Source: Deinococcus radiodurans R1 = ATCC 13939 = DSM 20539 (GTDB lineage: Bacteria > Deinococcota > Deinococci > Deinococcales > Deinococcaceae). From it: a DNA stretch of 32,000 nt. Of this stretch, positions 26,793-32,000 are shown in pieces (the first letter of the stretch is position 1; each line of letters begins with the position of its first letter). Below the pieces are notes generated by a model. It saw nothing but the letters and a program-made list of their open reading frames with translations. It had not been told where the DNA came from and did not search any database. Made by a program: the position numbers and the translations under genes. The DNA lies in NCBI RefSeq assembly GCF_000008565.1, contig NC_001263.1:915776-947775 (forward strand), in the 5' to 3' direction.

Positions 26793-27023
26793 GAGCGGAC
26801 TGGGACAGCTCGCAGAGAGCGAGTACAAAACACTGAGCAGGATGGAGAATGGAGCGGGTGGCGGTGCTGTTCCGACGCACGCGCAATTCGGAGAACTGCT
26901 CAAGAGATTGAGCATGAGGCGGGGGTTTGGGGCGAACACTCCCTGTTACGCTGCCCTGTGCCCTCACGTTCCCCCCAGGCGTCCTCTAAATCCCGTCCTC
27001 TGAGCGAACAGAACCCGCCGCCC

Positions 27024-27749
27024 GTGTGGTTCGGCGAGTATCTGTCGCGCCTGCGGGACACCTACGCGCCCGAGCTGCCGCCTCCGCGCCAGTTTCCCGA
27101 CCCGCTCGGGGGGCTGATCCGGACCATCCTCTCGCAGCAAAACACCCGCCGGGTCGCGCAGCGGCAATGGGAGGTGCTGACCGCCACCTACCCGCAGTGG
27201 GAAGCGGCGCTGCTTGACGGTCCTGACGGTATCGAGGCCACGCTCAAGTCGGCGGGCGGCGGCCTCTCGCGCATGAAGGCCGACTACATCTACGGCATCC
27301 TCGCCCACCTGCAAGAGCACCACGGCGGCCTGAGCCTGCGCTTCCTGCGCGAGTTTCCCCACACCCCAGAGGGCCACGAGCAGGCGCGGCAGGCCCTCGC
27401 CGCCTTGCCGGGGGTCGGCCACAAAACCGTCGCGCTGGTGCTGCTGTTTGACCTGCGCCGCCCCGCCATGCCGGTGGATGGCAACATGGAACGGGCGGCC
27501 AAACGGCTCGAACTCGTGCCCGCCGCTTGGAACAGCCACAAGGTCGAGCGCTGGTACGCCGAGGTCATGCCCGCCGACTGGGAGACCCGTTTTGCCCTCC
27601 ACATCTCCGGCGTGCGGCACGGGCGCGACACCTGCCGCAGCAAGCACCCGCTGTGTCCTCAATGCCCCCTGCGCGAGTTCTGCCCGAGTGCATCGATTTT
27701 TGAGCTGGGCGAGGCGGGGGAGCGGGAGCCGTCCGAGTTGGAGTGGTAA
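27024..27749 (+). CDS. nth: Endonuclease III family DNA glycosylase (HhH-GPD with a 4Fe-4S cluster)
   Basis: HhH-GPD core (LIRTILSQQNT..., LPGVGHKTVALVLLF, PVDGNMERA) and cluster ligands C-x6-C-x2-C-x5-C (CRSKHPLCPQCPLREFC). The stop at 27749 is secure. The start is uncertain: GTG 27024 is my best guess, and the track ORF reaches 26733 through AT-rich, poor-GC3 sequence. Confidence 0.8.
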   Translation: MWFGEYLSRLRDTYAPELPPPRQFPDPLGGLIRTILSQQNTRRVAQRQWEVLTATYPQWEAALLDGPDGIEATLKSAGGGLSRMKADYIYGILAHLQEHHGGLSLRFLREFPHTPEGHEQARQALAALPGVGHKTVALVLLFDLRRPAMPVDGNMERAAKRLELVPAAWNSHKVERWYAEVMPADWETRFALHISGVRHGRDTCRSKHPLCPQCPLREFCPSASIFELGEAGEREPSELEW

Positions 27750-27813
27750 GGGTTGAGACTTGGTATGTCCCTTCTGGGGATGGAGGTCAGTGCGAGAAAG
27801 ATTACCCTCGCTA

Positions 27814-27878
27814 TTGACCCTCTCCCCTTGCGGGAGAGGGCCTTGCGAAGCAAGGGGTGAGGGGGCGTACAGACCAGT
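27814..27878 (+). repeat. SNR-B copy 2
   Basis: Same 65-bp two-hairpin element as 24659..24723, in the same orientation, again between convergent genes. Confidence 0.85.
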
Positions 27879-27917
27879 GCAGCCAGCCCTTCAATCCACA
27901 CAACTCCTCCTCACCCC

Positions 27918-28181
27918 TCAATAAATATGAAACTCCCGCAGCCCCGTTTCCTCGCTGTACTGCGTATCCACCGCCTGCACGCGGGCGTGGGGCGGGCCGC
28001 GCCGCAACCAGTGCAGCAGCCGGTTCAGGGCGTCCTCGTCGCCCTCGGCAATGACTTCGACCTTGCCGTCGCTGAGGTTCTCGGCGTAGCCATGAAGGCC
28101 CAGGTCGCGGGCGTACCGCTGAACGAAGAGCCGGTACCCGACCCCCTGAACGTGTCCGGAAACGAGTGCAGTCAGGCGCAT
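27918..28181 (-). CDS. acyP: Acylphosphatase
   Basis: 87 aa with the signature [11 protein letters not shown] and a typical length. A TAAGCT box lies 7 nt before the ATG. Confidence 0.93.
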   Translation of the reverse strand: MRLTALVSGHVQGVGYRLFVQRYARDLGLHGYAENLSDGKVEVIAEGDEDALNRLLHWLRRGPPHARVQAVDTQYSEETGLREFHIY

Positions 28182-28255
28182 GGGGGTCAGCTTAGCGGGC
28201 GGGCCGGAGCGCTAGCATGGCGGGGTCCACAAAGCAGGAGACAGGAGGCACACAG

Positions 28256-29227
28256 ATGACGGCACAGACGGTGACGGGCGCAGTCGCGGCGGCTCAACTC
28301 GGAGCGACGCTGCCCCACGAACACGTGATTTTCGGCTACCCCGGCTACGCGGGCGACGTGACGCTCGGGCCATTCGACCACGCGGCAGCGCTCGCAAGCT
28401 GCACCGAAACGGCGCGGGCGCTGCTGGCGCGCGGTATTCAGACGGTGGTGGACGCCACCCCCAACGACTGCGGACGCAACCCGGCCTTCCTGCGCGAGGT
28501 GAGCGAGGCAACCGGCCTCCAGATTCTGTGCGCGACCGGCTTTTATTACGAGGGCGAGGGCGCCACGACCTACTTCAAGTTCCGCGCTTCTCTGGGTGAC
28601 GCCGAAAGCGAAATCTACGAGATGATGCGGACCGAGGTGACCGAGGGCATCGCCGGCACCGGCATCCGCGCCGGGGTCATCAAGCTGGCGAGCAGCCGCG
28701 ACGCCATCACCCCCTACGAGCAACTGTTTTTCCGGGCGGCGGCGCGGGTGCAGCGCGAAACCGGCGTGCCGATCATCACCCACACTCAGGAAGGCCAGCA
28801 GGGACCGCAGCAAGCCGAGCTGCTGACCTCGCTCGGCGCGGACCCGGCGCGCATCATGATCGGGCACATGGACGGCAACACCGACCCGGCCTACCACCGC
28901 GAGACGCTGCGCCACGGCGTGAGCATCGCCTTTGACCGCATCGGCTTGCAGGGCATGGTGGGCACCCCCACCGACGCCGAGCGGCTAAGCGTGCTGACCA
29001 CGCTGCTCGGCGAGGGCTACGCCGACCGGCTGCTGCTCTCGCACGACAGCATCTGGCACTGGCTGGGACGCCCGCCGGCCATCCCCGAAGCCGCCTTGCC
29101 CGCCGTCAAGGACTGGCACCCTCTCCACATCTCCGACGACATCTTGCCTGATCTGCGGCGCCGGGGCATCACCGAGGAGCAGGTGGGGCAGATGACGGTG
29201 GGCAACCCGGCCCGGCTGTTCGGGTAA
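28256..29227 (+). CDS. Phosphotriesterase-like lactonase (amidohydrolase superfamily, PTE family)
   Basis: SD AGGAGG (28243..28248) lies 7 nt before ATG 28256. Metal ligands are in the expected order (HEH, carbamylated-Lys context VIKLAS, THT, GHMD, SHD). From memory the N-terminus matches the characterised D. radiodurans lactonase/OP hydrolase. Confidence 0.95.
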   Translation: MTAQTVTGAVAAAQLGATLPHEHVIFGYPGYAGDVTLGPFDHAAALASCTETARALLARGIQTVVDATPNDCGRNPAFLREVSEATGLQILCATGFYYEGEGATTYFKFRASLGDAESEIYEMMRTEVTEGIAGTGIRAGVIKLASSRDAITPYEQLFFRAAARVQRETGVPIITHTQEGQQGPQQAELLTSLGADPARIMIGHMDGNTDPAYHRETLRHGVSIAFDRIGLQGMVGTPTDAERLSVLTTLLGEGYADRLLLSHDSIWHWLGRPPAIPEAALPAVKDWHPLHISDDILPDLRRRGITEEQVGQMTVGNPARLFG

Positions 29228-29252
29228 CGCGCTTTCGAGGGTAAATAATAAA

Positions 29253-29285
29253 GCGGCACCGGGAAGACATTCTCCCTGGTGCCGC
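29253..29285. terminator. Bidirectional terminator between the lactonase gene and the convergent stress-protein gene
   Basis: GCGGCACCGGGAAG (29253..29266), loop acatt, CTCCCTGGTGCCGC (29272..29285), with 12 of 14 positions paired. It is T-rich on both sides (TTGTGTTG on plus, TTTATTATTT on minus). Confidence 0.75.
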
Positions 29286-29300
29286 TTGTGTTGCTGAAAC

Positions 29301-29899
29301 TCAGTGGCCGTTCTGTCCAGCGCGCTCGCTCTGGAGCCTGCCACCGCCGAGCGCGTCTTCGAGGCGCACCGCGCGCTGCGGCGCATGATGCTCAGGGCTT
29401 CGTCGGCGCGCTGGCCGTTGGGGTCACGGGCGATGACCAGGGTCAGGCCGTTCTTGATGCCCTGGCCGAAGCGCTCGGCCTGCTCGGCGGGCACGCCCAT
29501 GCGGCGCAGCAGCCGCACGTGGTCGCCGTGGTCACTGCCGGCGAGCGCGCCGAACAGCAGGCCCATGCCGGCGGTCCCGATGGTCACGAGGATCATCGCC
29601 ATCAAGGCGCCGTTGCTGTAGATGCGGGTGTCGGGAATCAGGCGCAGCAGCACCCACACGGGGATCATCACGGCAATGCCGATCAGGGCGCCGTAGAGCG
29701 TGCCCTTGATGGCCGTGCCCGAGCCGCCCGGCGCGCCGGCTTCGGGGCTGATGCCGGTGGCCTGCGCGATGTCGTTTTCGGCCACCACGTCGGACAGGGC
29801 AAAACCGAGACGCTCGCGCTCGAAACCTCGCGCCTGCAAGGCGTCAAGCGCCTGCCGGGCCTGTGCGGGATCGGGAAAAAGGGCAACGACGCTTTCCAT
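29301..29899 (-). CDS. Stress-type membrane protein: YflT/GsiB-like soluble repeats flanking two TM helices. The frame is interrupted near 29363-29377.
   Basis: ATG 29899. N-terminal VVALFPDPAQARQALDALQARGFERERLGF, two TM segments, then MGVPAEQAERFGQGIKNGLTLVIARDPNGQRADEALSIMRR. The track ORF then runs 240 nt antisense into the lactonase gene. A -1 shift instead gives ...GAVRLEDALGGGRLQSERAGQNGH and a TGA at 29303..29301, just before the terminator. Confidence 0.65.
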
Positions 29900-30009
29900 A
29901 CCTGTTTTTTAGCATGTCATGAGTGCCCGGTGCGAGGGACAGGGCGGCAGCGCCCGAAGGTGCCATTTGCCCTGCTCTCATAGGCCCGGCGCTCCCTATA
30001 CTTGCCCGC

Positions 30010-31026
<1,017 letters not shown>

Positions 31027-31100
31027 GTCGGCTGAATTGACCGGGCTGAGGCAGGTCGTATGGAACCGCTCCCACACCCCGCGCCGTATCCTGTCCGGCG

Positions 31101-32000
31101 ATGCTCACGCCTGACCTCGCCGCCCGCCTGCGCCTCGCTTTCGACGATGACCGTGACGCCGAGACTTTCCGGCTGCGGCTGGAGCGGTACGGCCCGGAAC
31201 TGGCCGACAACCTGCGGGCGGTCTACGGAAACCACGCCGACGCGCTGATAGGCGAGCTTCTAGAAGTCATGCTGCACGCCTACCACGCCCGCCCCGCCGA
31301 CCTCAAACGGCTCGACGAGGCGCGGCTGCTGCGCCCCGACTGGCTGCAAGGACCGGAGATGGTGGGCTACGTGGCCTACGTCGACCGCTTTGCCGGCACG
31401 CTCAGGGGCGTGGGCGAGCGGCTGGAGTATCTGGAAGGGTTGGGCGTGACCTACCTTCACCTGCTGCCGCTGCTCCGGCCCCGCGACGGCGAAAACGACG
31501 GCGGCTACGCGGTGCAGGATTACCGGAGCGTGCGCCCCGACCTCGGCACCATCGACGACCTCTCGGCGCTTGCCCGCGAGCTGCGGGGCCGGGGCATCAG
31601 CCTGGTCCTTGACCTGGTGCTCAACCACGTGGCCGAGGAACACGAATGGGCGGTGCGCGCCACAGCGGGCGAGGCCGCCTACCGCGACTATTTTCATATT
31701 TTTCCTGATCGCACGCAGCCCGACGCCTACGAGCGCACGCTGCCCGAGATTTTCCCTGACTTCGCGCCGGGTAATTTCACCTGGAACGGAGAAGCGGGCG
31801 GCTGGGTGTGGACCACCTTCAACCGCTCCCAGTGGGACGTGAACTGGGGAAACCCCGCCGTGTTCCGCGAGTATCTCGACCTCATTCTCACCCTCGCCAA
31901 CCGGGGGGTGGAGGTCTTCCGGCTCGACGCCATCGCTTTTTTGTGGAAGCGGCTGGGCACCGACTGTCAGAACCAGCCTGAGGTCCACCGCCTGACCCAC
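31101..32000 (+). CDS. GH13 amylosucrase-type sucrose glucosyltransferase, N-terminal 300 codons (gene runs off the right edge)
   Basis: Open frame from ATG 31101 to the window end, so it is absent from the ORF track. [31 protein letters not shown]... is an amylosucrase-type N-terminal helical domain. GH13 region I is DLVLNHV and region II is [21 protein letters not shown] lies 8 nt before the ATG. Confidence 0.9.
   Translation, partial: MLTPDLAARLRLAFDDDRDAETFRLRLERYGPELADNLRAVYGNHADALIGELLEVMLHAYHARPADLKRLDEARLLRPDWLQGPEMVGYVAYVDRFAGTLRGVGERLEYLEGLGVTYLHLLPLLRPRDGENDGGYAVQDYRSVRPDLGTIDDLSALARELRGRGISLVLDLVLNHVAEEHEWAVRATAGEAAYRDYFHIFPDRTQPDAYERTLPEIFPDFAPGNFTWNGEAGGWVWTTFNRSQWDVNWGNPAVFREYLDLILTLANRGVEVFRLDAIAFLWKRLGTDCQNQPEVHRLTH

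Noticed and set aside
26764-27003. A 79-aa ORF containing QFGELLKRLSMRRGF, reminiscent of an XRE-family HTH N-terminus.
   Set aside because: GC3 is poor, the similarity stops after one helix, and there is no RBS or leaderless-type promoter. At most it is a decayed remnant; it is mentioned under the spacer finding.

Overview
This is a high-GC chromosomal segment that looks like Deinococcus. From memory of several products it resembles Deinococcus radiodurans chromosome 1 around rpoBC-sigA; I did not check this against any database. The products I recognise are a 323-aa phosphotriesterase-like lactonase starting MTAQTVTGAV, an endonuclease III paralogue, a GH13 amylosucrase, and rpoB-rpoC with the Deinococcus-Thermus beta-prime insertion.

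Gene content, left to right:
- two small membrane proteins transcribed divergently
- a 6xLysM + phosphodiester-glycosidase wall protein
- rpoC and rpoB (minus strand), with a consensus promoter
- an RsmC-like tandem methyltransferase
- sigA with a long Lys/Ala/Pro-rich N-terminal extension
- a translationally coupled DUF4129 / MoxR AAA+ / DUF58 operon
- a small, very acidic ORF embedded in a mosaic of small non-coding repeats, one of which carries a nested MITE
- a trans-sulfuration PLP enzyme
- tRNA-His and tRNA-Leu
- an acyl-CoA dehydrogenase and a DUF427 protein
- a DUF47 (PhoU-like) + PiT phosphate transporter pair
- a NatAB-like ABC exporter
- endonuclease III, acylphosphatase and the lactonase
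- a stress-type membrane protein, a polyprenyl synthase, and the 5' part of an amylosucrase

I found no CRISPR array, no rRNA, no transposase or integrase gene and no recognisable defence island. This is mostly core genome.

The observations most worth a second look:
1. Three genes (sigA, the RsmC-like gene, a stress membrane protein) are broken by apparent one-base frame lesions, four in total. For sigA, conserved region 1.1 is left without any in-frame start codon.
2. A MITE sits inside another repeat with a 7-bp target-site duplication, and the matching empty site lies 650 bp away.
3. The acidic ORF cassette is bracketed by an 11-bp direct repeat inside that repeat mosaic.
4. A Pho-box-like direct repeat lies upstream of the DUF47-PiT operon.
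5. The rpoB-rpoC spacer contains mutually exclusive inverted repeats.
6. At least 8 genes have a TANNNT box 6-8 nt from the start codon, the geometry expected for leaderless mRNAs.

All coordinates and counts were derived by hand from the sequence.
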